64,000 nucleotides of DNA from Octopus sinensis. Its lineage: Eukaryota. Within the stretch, counting starts at the first letter, position 1; each line of letters opens with the position of its first letter. Below, in pieces: positions 1-12,547 of the stretch. The notes below the pieces were generated by a model. It was not told the origin of the DNA. It saw nothing but the letters and a program-made list of their open reading frames with translations, and did not search any database. The position numbers were made by a program, and so were the translations under genes. The DNA is taken from the NCBI RefSeq assembly GCF_006345805.1, contig NC_043005.1, forward strand, positions 51,894,001 through 51,958,000. The letters are read 5' to 3'.

Positions 1-656
1 AGACACGGCTCGAGAAACACGGGGCCGACCTGCCCGAGATGCGGTCAGAGCGACGAAACCGTTCTGCACGCACTCGTTCAGTGTCCAACAATTTCCGACC
101 TGTGGGCTTATGTCGAACAACTGCTGTCACGTGTGGGACGAGTCGGTTTATCAGCTGAGTCTATCGTCAATATGTCACGCCTCCTTCCTTCAAACGGGAA
201 GGAAGAGCTATTTTCATCATCCTTGTGGCTATGGCGAAAGAATGTATCTGGTGGACGCGTCTGAAAGGATTGGAGACAAACACTTTCCTCTCTGGTCAAT
301 CTCTCATCAACTTCTTCAAGTACCACTTGAAAAGGAAAGTGAGAGTAGAGAGGCAAGTTTTGTCTAGCGAATGTTTTAAAAAAAGATGGGTGAATGTAGC
401 AAGAATGGCACGTATGAATGACGAAGCCACCTTGAGCATAGTCCTATGAACCCAGAAATCGAAAACAGAGAGTTGCTTATTTGCAAAAAAAAAAAAAAAA
501 AAGAAATATAAAATGTGACTTCATTGACCGAGGTTACCGTGGTCTTTTCCGTAGGCTTTTCTTTCCACGGGTAAACCTCACCTGTCCTCCCCTTTACACT
601 TCATATTGACATTTCTGTGATAACGATCCCTATTGATCATTTTTTTTTCCTCTCCC

Positions 657-689
<33 letters not shown>

Positions 690-853
690 GCCCCTTTTTT
701 TTTGTCCTCTTTCTCTCTCTTTTTACGATCCCTTTTGATCGAACACTCCCCTTTCCTTTTTTTTTTTTTTTTTTTTTTAAACCTTCAAAAGAAAAGCTCT
801 ACCTTGTAATTTGTCTATCTGTGTGCAGCCCTGTGTGGCTAATAAAAAACATA
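1..853 (+). mobile_element. 3' end of a Tx1/L1-clade non-LTR retrotransposon (ORF2 C-terminus plus 3' UTR)
   Basis: Frame 1 reads RHGSRNTGPTCPRCGQSDETVLHALVQCPTISDLWAYV, a CX2CX8HX4C zinc knuckle of the type found after RT. After a frameshift near 175 it continues AMAKECIWWTR...FKKRW to TGA at 449. The 3' UTR has T/A tracts and AATAAA at 841, followed by a (TCTA/TCTG)n array. Confidence 0.8.
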
Positions 854-888
854 TCTGTCTACCTGTCTATCTGTCTATCTATCTGCCA

Positions 889-950
<62 letters not shown>

Positions 951-981
951 CTATCCGTCTGCCAATCTGTCTGTTTGCCTG

Positions 982-1050
<69 letters not shown>

Positions 1051-1072
1051 TTACTATCTATCTATCTATCTA

Positions 1073-1105
<33 letters not shown>

Positions 1106-1120
1106 TTATCTGTCTGTATA

Positions 1121-1151
<31 letters not shown>

Positions 1152-1250
1152 ATCTTTCTTTCTGTCTGTTTGTCCGTCTGTCTATCTGTCTGTCTATCTG
1201 TCTGTCTATCTGTCTGTCTGTCTATGTATCTCTTTCTGTTTGTCTGTCTA
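854..1250. repeat. Compound (TCTA)n/(TCTG)n tetranucleotide microsatellite
   Basis: Directly visible array abutting the LINE 3' end. Confidence 0.95.
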
Positions 1251-1259
1251 GATATATTG

Positions 1260-1390
1260 CGGGGTGGTAAGAAGTTTCTTTTCTAACCACATGGTTAAGT
1301 CGTACTGAGTGGCATCTTGGGCAAGTTTCTTCTAATATGGCATCGGGAAAACCAAGGCTTTGTAAGTGAAAACAAAAAAGTCCGTTGAAC

Positions 1391-1421
<31 letters not shown>

Positions 1422-1697
1422 TGTATGTATGTATGTATGTATGTATGTATGTTTGTATGTATGTACGTATGTATGTATGTGTGTGTGTGTATTTGTGCAT
1501 ATGTCTGTCCCCTAATACGGCTTGACAATCGGTGTCGGTGTGTTTACGTCCTTTTAATATAGCGTCTCGACAAAAGAGACAGCTAGAATAAGTTCCAGCC
1601 TTAGAAAAATAAGTTTTGGGGCCGATTCATTTAACTAAAATTGTTCAAGGGGGTGCCCCAGCATGGGCGCAGTCTAATAACTGAAACAAGTAAAATA
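1260..1697 (+). mobile_element. tRNA-derived SINE, family A (head + internal microsatellite + conserved tail), diverged
   Basis: Head GTGGTAAGAAG...AACCACATGG...GGCATCTTGGGCAAG, internal (GTAT)n, tail CTTGACAATCGG...CAGCATGG...CTGAAACAAGTAAAA. Matches more than 10 other copies in the window. Confidence 0.8.
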
Positions 1698-1708
1698 TAT
1701 CAGACATA

Positions 1709-2932
1709 CAGGAGTTGGACAAAATAATGGAAACGCCTAGAATCATAGCATCATAATTTTGAAATATCTATAAATCAGTTAAAAGTTTGTTTATTTTTAT
1801 GTTTTTTTATTTATTATTAGTGTTGCTTAATATATTTTGATAAAATTGCTGTTTCTTTTCAGATATCATTAGAAAAAAGTAATTAAAATTCAATAAAGTA
1901 ACAGATCTATCAGACTTTCAAAGAAGTCAAATTGCTGGTGCTCGTATGGCAGGTATTAGCGTAACGAAAACAGACGAAATTCTTGGTGTATCAAGATGTA
2001 CTGTCTCAAAAATATTGATAACCTTTGAGAAAGAGGGAAAAACTCTGTCGAAACAAAACTCCGGAAGAAAACCGAAACTTCGGATTCTTATACGAATTGT
2101 TAGAATGGAGTACAAAAGTACTGTTCCCAAAATTTACTTCAGAGCTTAATGACCACCTCGAGAACCCAGTTTCCACAAAAACTTTTCGCCGAGAGCTGCA
2201 CAAAGCCGGATTTCACGGGAGAGCTACAATCAGAAAACCACTACTTTCCAACACAAACGTTGCAAAGCGTTTAGAATGGAGTAGAAACCTACAGAATTGG
2301 TCCCTAGAGCAGTGGAAGAAAGTTATTTTCTCGGACGAGTCAGCCTTTACCTTATTTCCGACCACCGGCTAAGTATACACGTGGAGACAGCCAAAAGAAG
2401 CAATTGACCCAGACTGCCTTTTTCTAGCTGTTAAACATGGAAGAGGATCTGTGATGATCTGAGGGTTATATCTTGGAAATCCACCGGCTCAATGGTTTAA
2501 ATAGTCAAGACTGTTCAATCATTCTATCTGATCAAATTCATCCTATGTTTACGGGAACTGTCTCCGGAGCGAAACGCAATTTTTCAGGATGATAATGCAT
2601 CAATTCACACTGCTAAAATTGTTACTGAATGGCACGAGAAACATTGTAGTGAAGTGGAACATCTTATCTGGCCACCATCGTCCCACAGATCACAATATTA
2701 CTGAACATTTATGGTGCATTTTAGAAAAATCCTCCACCATCATCACTACAAGAACTGGAGACTGTTTTAGCTGAAGAATGGTCAAAACTTCCTTTGGAAA
2801 CAATTAAAACTTCTTAAGAGTTCATACCTCATAAAATTCAAGGAGTAATTACAGCCAAAGGCGGTCCTACACCATATCGAAATAAATTTGTTTGAAATTT
2901 TAAGGTTTTTCCATTATTTTGTCCAACCCCTG
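1709..2932 (+). mobile_element. Tc1-family DNA transposon with both termini and a disrupted transposase
   Basis: TIRs CAGGAGTTGGACAAAATAATGGAAA / TTTCCATTATTTTGTCCAACCCCTG, flanked by TA at 1707-1708 and 2933-2934. Confidence 0.93.
1899..2880 (+). pseudogene. Tc1 DDE transposase pseudogene
   Basis: HTH region DLSDFQRSQIAGARMAGISVTK...GVSRCTVSKI...SGRKPKL, then RKPLLS, WKKVIFSDES, FQDDNASIH, PDHNITEHLW and GGPTPY. Several frameshifts and stops. Confidence 0.9.
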
Positions 2933-2997
2933 TAAATATATAGTTTCCATTTCATTTATAGATTGTAATACAAGATTAAATGTATATATATATGTGT

Positions 2998-3029
<32 letters not shown>

Positions 3030-3139
3030 CGTGTGTGTATACGTGTGTGGGTGTGTAACTGTGTGTGTGTGCATGCGCATGACTGGATGCATGTAACTTT
3101 CATTTTTGGACAATCAGCTATTGAAGGAAAATGATAATG

Positions 3140-3780
3140 TTATAAGAGATCTCTACTGTAAGGACACAGACACATACCATGGCTTAGATTAAAGATCGTG
3201 CCACCCTTTCTATACTAATAAGAACATCCCATTTAATGTAGCAAAACATACATGTTCAAGAATTACTGACATAATGAAACGAAAGAGACAAATGGTTGAA
3301 CTACAAATAGTTCATCAGGAAATATATCCGCATAGATCAGTAAATTTTACTATAATCAATGCAAAAGTTATGTGAATTTCTGTCCTGTGTCGAAACCCTC
3401 AAAGTGAAGGTGAAGACAAACACAAGAACATAATTATACCATTTGTAGTTTCCCATAATCCTCGAAATGATAGTATGCTACAATTGGCAAAGTGATAATT
3501 TTCAATCTTACACCAATCATTAAATCTCAGAAAAGTAATTAAAGAAACACAAATTATCGACGACTGACGAGAACTATAAAATTTTAAATGACACTTAACA
3601 AAGGTGAAATTCTTACTAGAAGAAGAAGAAATAATGTACATTACGAAATGCGGAGAACTAAATTCTTGCACATGTGAAATAACTGAACTAGGCAAAACCG
3701 GAATGATTCAAGAATGGGAAAGAATTGAAAATTGAAGTTCTAGCCAAAACAAATTTTATAATAAATTGGACTCTAATGTT
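3140..3780 (+). mobile_element. Degenerate Penelope-like element fragment (RT thumb to linker region)
   Basis: Fragments DLYCKDTDT, HPFYTNKNIPFNVAK, IIPFVVSHNPRN and KCGELNSCTCE resemble the PLE post-RT motifs (YxKxTD, HPxxxxxxIP, PFVxxxNP) and the Cys-rich linker. Many stops. Confidence 0.65.
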
Positions 3781-4032
3781 ATTGTTGAGCCTGCTCTTCA
3801 GAAGTGTTCTTCTGTTAATCTCGAACACACACACACACACACACACACACACATTCGAACATAGGTACATACACGCACGCGATTAAAATTAACAGTTGAC
3901 AACTTCATGAAGTGGCAGTAAATATTGAGATTAGATTCAAATTTATTGTAAAATTAAATTTTGACATGGACATTTTGAAGCAGCCCAGCAAAATTTAAAG
4001 TCAAAGTCAGAATGAATATTTTAAACACACTT

Positions 4033-4064
<32 letters not shown>

Positions 4065-4135
4065 CACACACACACAAACACACACACACACATTTGTGTG
4101 TGTTAAGATTTTGTAGAACGACCAAGATACATAGA

Positions 4136-4170
<35 letters not shown>

Positions 4171-4360
4171 CATGTATACTTTTTTGTCAGCAGAAGGAAG
4201 AGCGGTAACTCAACGGCCTTTTTCTTGAACTTTATTGTTGCGTGTCACGCACGAAACTCTCGGCCCTTCATTCACTTAGTTAATCTATAAACTGTTCATT
4301 AACCAGTCGTTTAAGATTTAATTATGATGGTAATTATTATGGTGATGATGATAATGATTA

Positions 4361-4408
<48 letters not shown>
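4361..4408. repeat. (GAC)n trinucleotide microsatellite
   Basis: Directly visible. Confidence 0.95.
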
Positions 4409-5258
4409 TCTTGACCATGAGTATGATGAAGTGGATTCAAATTTTCCGCATGACTTACGATATGCCCATCTAGTTTCTTTAGACACGTGTAATATGCTGT
4501 TCACGTTCTAATTCTGATGTCATATTCGAACTAATTTTCAAGGCTAATATCAAATAAAAAATTTATCTTATTTAACCGTTCATGTCATAACTCGTCAGGG
4601 AGCTACACATGTGTTACTTTCACGAACTCAAGAAACTGATCGAAAAGGTCTGCCACTTCAAACCCTGTTATCATATGTAAAGAAACATCTTCGACTCACA
4701 GATCTATAAAAGTTATATAAACAAAGAGTTGCGATGATTAAACATGAACGAACTATAAACAAGTCATGTTTTATTATTATTATTATTATTAAATACAAAA
4801 AATAGTTTTTAAAAAAATGACAAAAGCGCCTAGAACTTGCTAACAATTGAAATTACACTAGCGAGGTCGCTAAAAACATGTTCTGTTATTCCAAAATTAT
4901 GACAATTCTATAAACGGTTCTTTTCTTTTTCTTTCTGTCTTCATTCACGTTAAATAGATGATTATTTATATCAACAATTGTACCAGAATGTCTATCGTTT
5001 TCTAAAGATTGCGAACCAGAGAGACAAAAAAAAAAAGAAAAGACAAAAAAAAAACAGACAAAAAAAGGTAGAATTCATTCTAAGTATAGCAGAGCTTTCC
5101 TTGGTAGTCAATTACTCATGAACAAATATATTATTGCCACTTCATTTCATATCAACTTTAAATGTAAAAATGGCCGTATTGACGCTATTGTCTGTACGTA
5201 CTTTGTGCTTTGTAGAAAATGACGGTCGAATCAGTCGTATTGTATATGTATGAATAAT

Positions 5259-5294
<36 letters not shown>

Positions 5295-5670
5295 GATGTA
5301 TATATATATATATATATATATACATATGTATATGTGTGTGTGTGTGTGTATGAATAAAATTTATAAGATAGAAAAGATATATAAATATAATTTATAATGG
5401 TATTATACACATACACGCATACACACAGACACACACTCACTCATAGGCACACAACACACCCTCACACACACACGCGTACACAGATATAAAAGCATGTGTA
5501 TATGTATACATATGTAGATGTATTCAGCTATATAATCATTATAAATATATCTGAATGTATGCATGTATATATATATATATACACAAATATACACATTTAT
5601 ATGTGTGATTGTATATGTGTATGTGTGTATCGTGTCATGTCTCGATCTGTGCTTGTGCACATATATATGC

Positions 5671-5710
<40 letters not shown>

Positions 5711-6088
5711 ACATACATAGGGCTACACAACACACACACACGCACACGCGCATATATATGTTTTCAGGAGATATATAAAGATACGTCTTCGTTCTCTTAG
5801 TCATTTCTGGTCGAGTTATATCCCAAATACTCATGAACCTCCTCACAACCAAGCTCTGTGTCTTAATGTCCATCTGTCCGTCCACTTAATAGCAAACTTC
5901 TAATACATACCTATATCTCCGAGCGCATATTCTAACCCCAAGAAGGAACACGATGAGGCCATGCTACTCGTTTTGTAAAACAAATATTATGCCTCAGTGA
6001 TATGTAATCCCATTACTTAGTTCAAACTACTCATATCAATAGGTGCTATCTATTATTTGACTAACTGAGAAAATAATTTTAGTTTAAA

Positions 6089-6137
6089 TTTCGCTGATGA
6101 AGCAAGTGCGTACCGAAATATCTTGATATCTCGAGAG
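6089..6137 (+). ncRNA. Degenerate hammerhead ribozyme-like motif
   Basis: TTTCG-CTGATGA-agcaagtgcgtacc-GAAA-TATC-tt-GATA-TC-t-CGAGA. Core and stem III are intact, stem II is broken, and there is one extra nucleotide before the 3' strand of stem I. Confidence 0.45.
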
Positions 6138-6255
6138 ATAAAAGTAACGAATAACCTCGGAAATGTCAATTGTATAGCGACGCTTCACCGACTACTAGCC
6201 TGAAATCTTGCAAGCACAATCTACCAGTTACCTTTTGATTGCTACAGCATGCTAA

Positions 6256-6291
<36 letters not shown>

Positions 6292-6424
6292 ATGATGATG
6301 ATGATGATGATGTTGATGATGATCTTATTATATGTGAGTGACTATACCCGTATGTATATATTGCCATAAATATTTCTCTAAAGTCCACTTAGTTCGTATT
6401 CGTAATTAATGTACATATGTATAG

Positions 6425-6575
6425 CTATGTGGTATGAAGCTTGCTTCCCAATCACATGGTTCCGGCTTCAGTCCCACTGCGTGGCACCTTGGGCAAGTGT
6501 CTTTTGCTATAGCGTTGGGCTGACCAAGCCTGGTGAGTGGATTTGGTAGGCAGGAACTGAAAGAAGCCCATCGTA
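6425..6575 (+). mobile_element. SINE family A head
   Basis: GCTTGCTTCCCAATCACATGGTTCCGGCTTCAGTCCCACTGCGTGGCACCTTGGGCAAGTGTC...GAAAGAAGCCCATCG, with a B-box-like motif. Confidence 0.85.
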
Positions 6576-6631
6576 TATATATAATATATATATATATAAT
6601 ATATATATATATATATTATATATATATATAG

Positions 6632-6921
6632 CGAGGTCATTCAACCCTATTATCCTCCCCTAATTTCGCTCTTGCGTCTCACGTTTGATCTTTGACTTCT
6701 GGCCGAAATCATATCGCCATGTTGATTCGCTAGCCTCTGCACGCATATTTTTTTTCTCTCCTTCTTCTGTGTTTTTTCTCTGTGTATCTTTCTGTTGAAG
6801 AGCGTAGGCTCGACGTTAAAGACTTGTTTTATTTATATTTCCTGAGCGCCATACTAATACGATTGTTTGTTTGTATTCCACCTGCCTTCGTCTTTTGTCT
6901 ATTTTCATGAAGCTTCCCGTT
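6632..6921 (+). mobile_element. (TA)n-flanked short element with a hammerhead-like remnant, possibly Penelope-derived
   Basis: Non-repetitive segment of about 290 bp between (TA)n runs inside a SINE. Contains TCTTT-CTGTTGA-A-GAGC-gtag-GCTC-GA-CGTT-AAAGA at 6787-6822. Confidence 0.45.
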
Positions 6922-7544
6922 ATATATATATATATATTTGTATGTGTGTGTGTGAATGTTTGTCCACCCACCATCGGTTTTTTGCGTGTATTTATGTATG
7001 CATGCGCATACTTGTGGTTTATTTGATTTCTTGTGCTTGTTGATGTTATCTTGAATAATATACTCGGAGGCATTGATAAGTTATGAATGAGAAAATAAAT
7101 TAAGTCCGTGTCTATGCTGAAAACTGTAGACCTAATACTTCTGCAGGAGAAGCAACAGTAAGCACAGCAACAGTTTCAACAAATAACGAGAGTAACAACA
7201 GTGAAAGTATCTGCAGAGTACTTCCACTTACTAGGAATAGCAGCTGTATCTCTCTCAAACTATACCTTACATTCTTCCCCGTCTTATCAAATAAAAATTG
7301 ATTTGTGATATAGAAGTAGCTTGAAAATGCAAACAGTGTGGTTAAGACTGGAAAGACATTTGATCAATATAGTTTTGTTTTTATCTACGAGGACCAACTC
7401 TCAGCCACACGATAACAACAACAGTGTTAAAGAGTGCTCCTCTATATAGTCTATGACATGCATGAAAACATTGGAAGATCATGACTGCAATAACTTTGAG
7501 GTTAGGCATACTCGATAATGGACAACTGTTGACTAAAGAAACAT

Positions 7545-7690
7545 AAAATTTTGGCGAGGGAGGCTAATCATTTGTATCGACACTAATCCCTATGAAGTAC
7601 TTATTTTATCAACTCCGAAAGGATGAAAGACAAAGGCGAATTTGAACTCAGAAGATAAAGATGGACAAAATGCAGCTAATCATACCGCCT
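7545..7690 (-). mobile_element. SINE family B fragment, degenerate
   Basis: AGTACTTATTTTATCAACTCCGAAAGGATGAAAGACAAAGGCGAATTTGAACTC matches the 53501-53734 copy. Confidence 0.7.
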
Positions 7691-7721
7691 TCATTCTGGC
7701 TATAATGGCACAACACAGTGA

Positions 7722-8119
7722 TTATATATATATTATATAAAATCCGTTGTGTCTGTATGTGTGTGTGTCTTCTAGGATCTCGGGTACCCTCCATCCGATT
7801 GCGCTCAAATTTGATATGTAGATACCGACGGTATCAGGGCGTCTATAAGTCTTGAAAAATTACAAAAATTGATTCTAGATGAGAATGCGATCGATAAAGC
7901 CATGGGAACGTGCATTTGTACATGCAATAAGATCCTTTTTTCTTTGGAATAGAAAAACGTCTATCTTTATTTCTTCTTTTGCTGATGTCTCAAATTTAGG
8001 TTAAATCAGTGTTTCTCAAAGGGGAGGCCTATGGGACTGTCGGACAAGTTGTTTTGAGAAAATTTGGTTTAAATGTTTGACAACTCAGCACCGTCCATTG
8101 GACGGAGGGCGTTTTGCTC

Positions 8120-8121
<2 letters not shown>
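7722..8121 (+). mobile_element. Non-autonomous Helitron-like element
   Basis: 5' TATATAAAATCC...(GT)n...CCGATTGCGCTCAAATTTG. A perfect 3' hairpin CCGTCCA-T-TGGACGG at 8091-8105 lies about 11 nt before CTCGT, a one-mismatch CTAGT terminus. Confidence 0.65.
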
Positions 8122-8159
<38 letters not shown>

Positions 8160-8831
8160 CAGTAATGCAGTGTTGTAAAACAACTCAGTGAAGCACCTCC
8201 CCATTTTGTATTGATACGGCACAGCGGTTGAATTGACAGCTCAGATGTGGTGTCCTTGAAAGGATGTAGCTAAGTGTTGGTTCTAATGATTCAACGCAAC
8301 GGACAGGTAGATTTAATGAAAGATTTGTGAATTTTGATTGTAATGAAATAGTTTTATGAAAATAGTGTAGTTGAAAATGAGATAAAAATTGACTTGGCTT
8401 TCCTGAATTACTGAAACGAATAATCCTACATTTTCGAATTTTTGTGGCGTGATGAAATGAAACGGCAGGCAGGAAATTGGATCTTTTCAAAATATCTCAT
8501 GTCTGTTGTACTTCATTACACCTTGTAATACATATTAAACTGTTTTGATCTTATATAACACTTGACGTGGGACGACAAACTTACATTTCTAGTCATGTAT
8601 TTCTCTTCTAATAAACTTTCCAAAAAATTATCGTATCTTTTGTTTATTTTTTCGAATAAGTTTTCGAAAGTTAAGAAATGCCTAATAAAGAAATGTTTTA
8701 TTATTAGTTTTAATAAATTTACTTAATGGTTGTTAACGAATGTGTTGAAAATTAAACTTATTTCAAAATAATTCACGCTAAAAACCATTTTATAAAGATA
8801 AGCACAGGCGTGCCTTTGCGTTATAAGCACG

Positions 8832-8975
8832 GGCGTGGGTTTGTGGTTTAGGCTCAGGTGTGGTTCCAGTTTTAGTGGTTTCGTGGTACCTCGGGCAAGA
8901 GACGTTTACTATAGACTCGGATTCGTCAAAACCTTGTGAGTGGATTTGGAAGAGGGAAAATGAAAGAAGCCCATC

Positions 8976-8977
<2 letters not shown>
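8832..8977 (+). mobile_element. SINE family A head, diverged
   Basis: CGTGGTACCTCGGGCAAG...CCTTGTGAGTGGATTTGG...GAAAGAAGCCCATCG. Confidence 0.7.
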
Positions 8978-9028
<51 letters not shown>

Positions 9029-9363
9029 GGAGTATGGCTCCAAACTTACAAGGAAAAATTAGATTTAGGATTAAATCAAATTTCACAGTATAAATATATA
9101 AAATATGAATTAGAGATAAAACCACTATTAGGCAACTCAAAGAGTGATAGACATAAACCAATACATAAATAACAAAAAATATAAATATAATTAATATAAT
9201 TATATAGTATATTATATATATATATAGAATTTTTTTTTTATCCAAAAAGTAGTGTTTTTACTTATCATATTATATTTATCATTCTTTTTATACTTTTTGG
9301 ATAAAAAAATTAAAATTTTATATATATATATATATATAGTTGATGACATCCTGTACCCATAGA

Positions 9364-9411
<48 letters not shown>

Positions 9412-10317
9412 TGTATGGGTACAGGACGTCACCACCTGTATAAACAACATGAAGTACGAAAACAAACGCGTTAAATACGAAAACAACGAGAGAAAATGGA
9501 AAACAGGGCAAGTAACACAAAGAACGACCCTTCATCGGTTGTCGGCTGTCTATCTACTCCTCATTTTGAGCATTCTACGTCATTATGAGTCTTCGAAAAC
9601 CAGTTGTTCCCATAAATTTGGATTTATGTAGGGTCAAAATTGGGAACATAAACAGGATTGTGGAGACATACAGGGAAACCAAACAAAAATATACATGTAG
9701 GGTCGTTTGACCAGAACGAGAGGAAGATAGTGAGCGCTGAGAGAAATATTTTCTTTGAAAAGAAAAAAGATAAAAGAGAGAGCTAGAAGACGTCCCGGTC
9801 TCATAACGTCGTGCAGGAAAAGAAAGATGGACGATAGTAACGTGTGAGCAACGAAAGAGAAAAAGAGAAAGAGGTAGTGAGAGAGAGATAGAGAGCGATA
9901 GAAAACGGTGAAGGGGAGAAAAAAGAATTAGGGAAGGATGGAAGGAAAACAGTTTAGAGTAGAGTCGCATTAAAAAGGTTAAGATAAACATACTTGGAAA
10001 TGGATGCGTGGTGTACAATTAAATAATAATATAAATAATATATATAATATGATATAAGAAACGCGAAAACTAATTCCTGTGTGTCAGTGTGTCACACGTT
10101 AATCCCCTCTCTCACTATTCAATGACACTTTCTCCTGCGAGTCTGAGAGTAATAGTAGGTATAGAAACGGTGAAGGTAGTGGCGAAGAGAAAGAGTGAGG
10201 GTGAGAAACGGAGAGAAAGTGGGAGAGAGAGGGAGAAAAGGAAAGACAAAGAAATTTAGGGAGAGTTCATGATGTTTTATTTAAAGTAGTAGTGTTAATA
10301 GTGGCACTGGGAGTAAT

Positions 10318-10321
<4 letters not shown>

Positions 10322-10372
<51 letters not shown>

Positions 10373-10434
10373 AGAGAGAGAAAGAGAGAAAGAGAGAGAG
10401 AGAGAAAGAGAGAGAGAGAAAGAGAGAGAGAGAA

Positions 10435-10475
<41 letters not shown>
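10322..10475. repeat. (AG)n microsatellite
   Basis: Directly visible. Confidence 0.95.
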
Positions 10476-10480
<5 letters not shown>

Positions 10481-10799
10481 AGATGAGAGATAGAGGGAGT
10501 ACAATTTTCTTGGACAGAAATTCCCATGGGCAGCACACTAAAACAACTACTGGACACTTGTCCATTTTTGTTTTATTTTTTGCTTTCTTTAATATATACT
10601 GGTGTCGATTTGTTCGGCTAAACCTTTCGAGACAGTACCCCAACATGGCCGCGCTCTTACAACTGAAACAAATAAAAGGTGATTAAACTAGTATTTGCAA
10701 TATAAACTAACATGGTATTTTGATGGAAGGTTTTAGCGTAGATATTTGAAACAAGGCAGCGGTCTCAGAAGTGTTGAAGAAGTCGTAGGTAGTCTGCAC

Positions 10800-11131
10800 T
10801 AATGGTTCTCAACCGAGGTCCATGTAAAATTTTGTGGGGCTCTGCATCCAAAATAGTAAATTGGGGATCCACGATAGTATTTTAAGGTTAGGTCCCTGAA
10901 AAAATTTCGCTTTAGATATATTTATTACAGGAAACAGCTAAGTTTCTTTCTCTAACGTCTTACGTATTTTAACTTACACAAGTTCATGTGTGAAAAAATG
11001 AAGGAATTTTGGAAGAAGTACCAATACAATTTGTTTAAAAAAACATCTAATGGCTGTAGGGGTACACAAGAATAGAATAAAAATCAAAGGGATCTTAGAT
11101 AAAAAAAAATGAAAATGGTTGAGAACCACTG
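10800..11131. mobile_element. hAT (Charlie-type) MITE, old copy
   Basis: Termini TAATGGTTCTCAACC / GGTTGAGAACCACTG. The 8-bp flanks gtctgcac and ctctatac match at 5 of 8 positions. Confidence 0.7.
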
Positions 11132-11563
11132 CTCTATACCTTTGCCAAAAAGACAAAAAGAAAAGCAAAAAGTAAAAATGGGGACAGAAAAAACATTGAA
11201 TAATTAAGCCTTTGAACATCATTGATCATATTGCCATTCAATTAGGGCTAACCTGGCACTAACAAACAACAATAATGACTATAACCACACATGTGTGTTT
11301 TCGAGGTTGCTTGATAGCATTTAACGACTTCGATATTCTCTTTGATCATGTTATACTAATCTCATTCACTTTCCTTTCCCTTATTTTTTTTTCTGGTGGG
11401 GATTTATACGCTGTGCCCCCATAATACGACGATTTCTATTATTTTGTAAATAGTGCTAAAAGAGGATTGCTATGATGTCCTTTTGTGCACGATATTGATG
11501 GCGAGGTAGAAAAATTAACCATCACTTTACATACATACATACATACATAAATACATACATACA

Positions 11564-11723
<160 letters not shown>

Positions 11724-12547
11724 TATAATATACAATATAAACACCCAAAAAACTAATGGTCTGTATTTCGAAGAACTTAAGCGGCTAAGAGATCTTTTGA
11801 TATTGCAATTTGGTATTGTTAATAAGAAACATAATTATTAGAATTAAGTGACCTGATAATGCAGAAATGTAAAGAACAAGTAATAAAATATAATAATAAA
11901 TTGAAACGTAGGAATGGACTAACAAATGAATGCACTCGCAAAAAAAAAAAATTAAATTATAGGAAGATAATAAAAATGAAAGTAAACAAATGAATGAAAT
12001 CTTGAAATCAAGAATTTATGAACTTCAAGAGAACGTGAAACAATTCCTTTTCTTTTACCCAATGATTACATGCTAGTATTTATAGCTTTATTTGCTTCGA
12101 GTTAAGCCATTACAGTATATGTGTGTGTATGAGTAAATATATATGCACATATATATGTATATAGATATTATATATATATATATATGTATATAAATATATA
12201 TTCATATGTGCGTGTATATGCATGTATGTATGTACATATATACATACATACACACACACACTCTCTCAAAGAGAAGGGTGAGAGAGAAATAGGAAGAAAG
12301 AGATAGCGGAAGATTGATGAGCATTTTGGTGACAAGAAGACGTTTACTCCCCTTGTAAGAGATTTCCTCTCCCTTCACCATCGAGGATCGAGGTAAAAGC
12401 TACATTCGATAGAACATAAATGATTTCGCATGCGTTACCATTAGCATTAAAAAATCCTAACAGAATCAACAATGTTTCTCGGCTGATGCTCAAAAAATTC
12501 CACCTATTTCACCGTACTGTACGGTATTTTATTTATAGGCTTCGAAA

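Noticed and set aside
617-1528. Long ORFs (217, 146 and 103 aa) and similar YLSI/YIYI/VCVC ORFs throughout the window
   Set aside because: They are translations of stop-free microsatellites.
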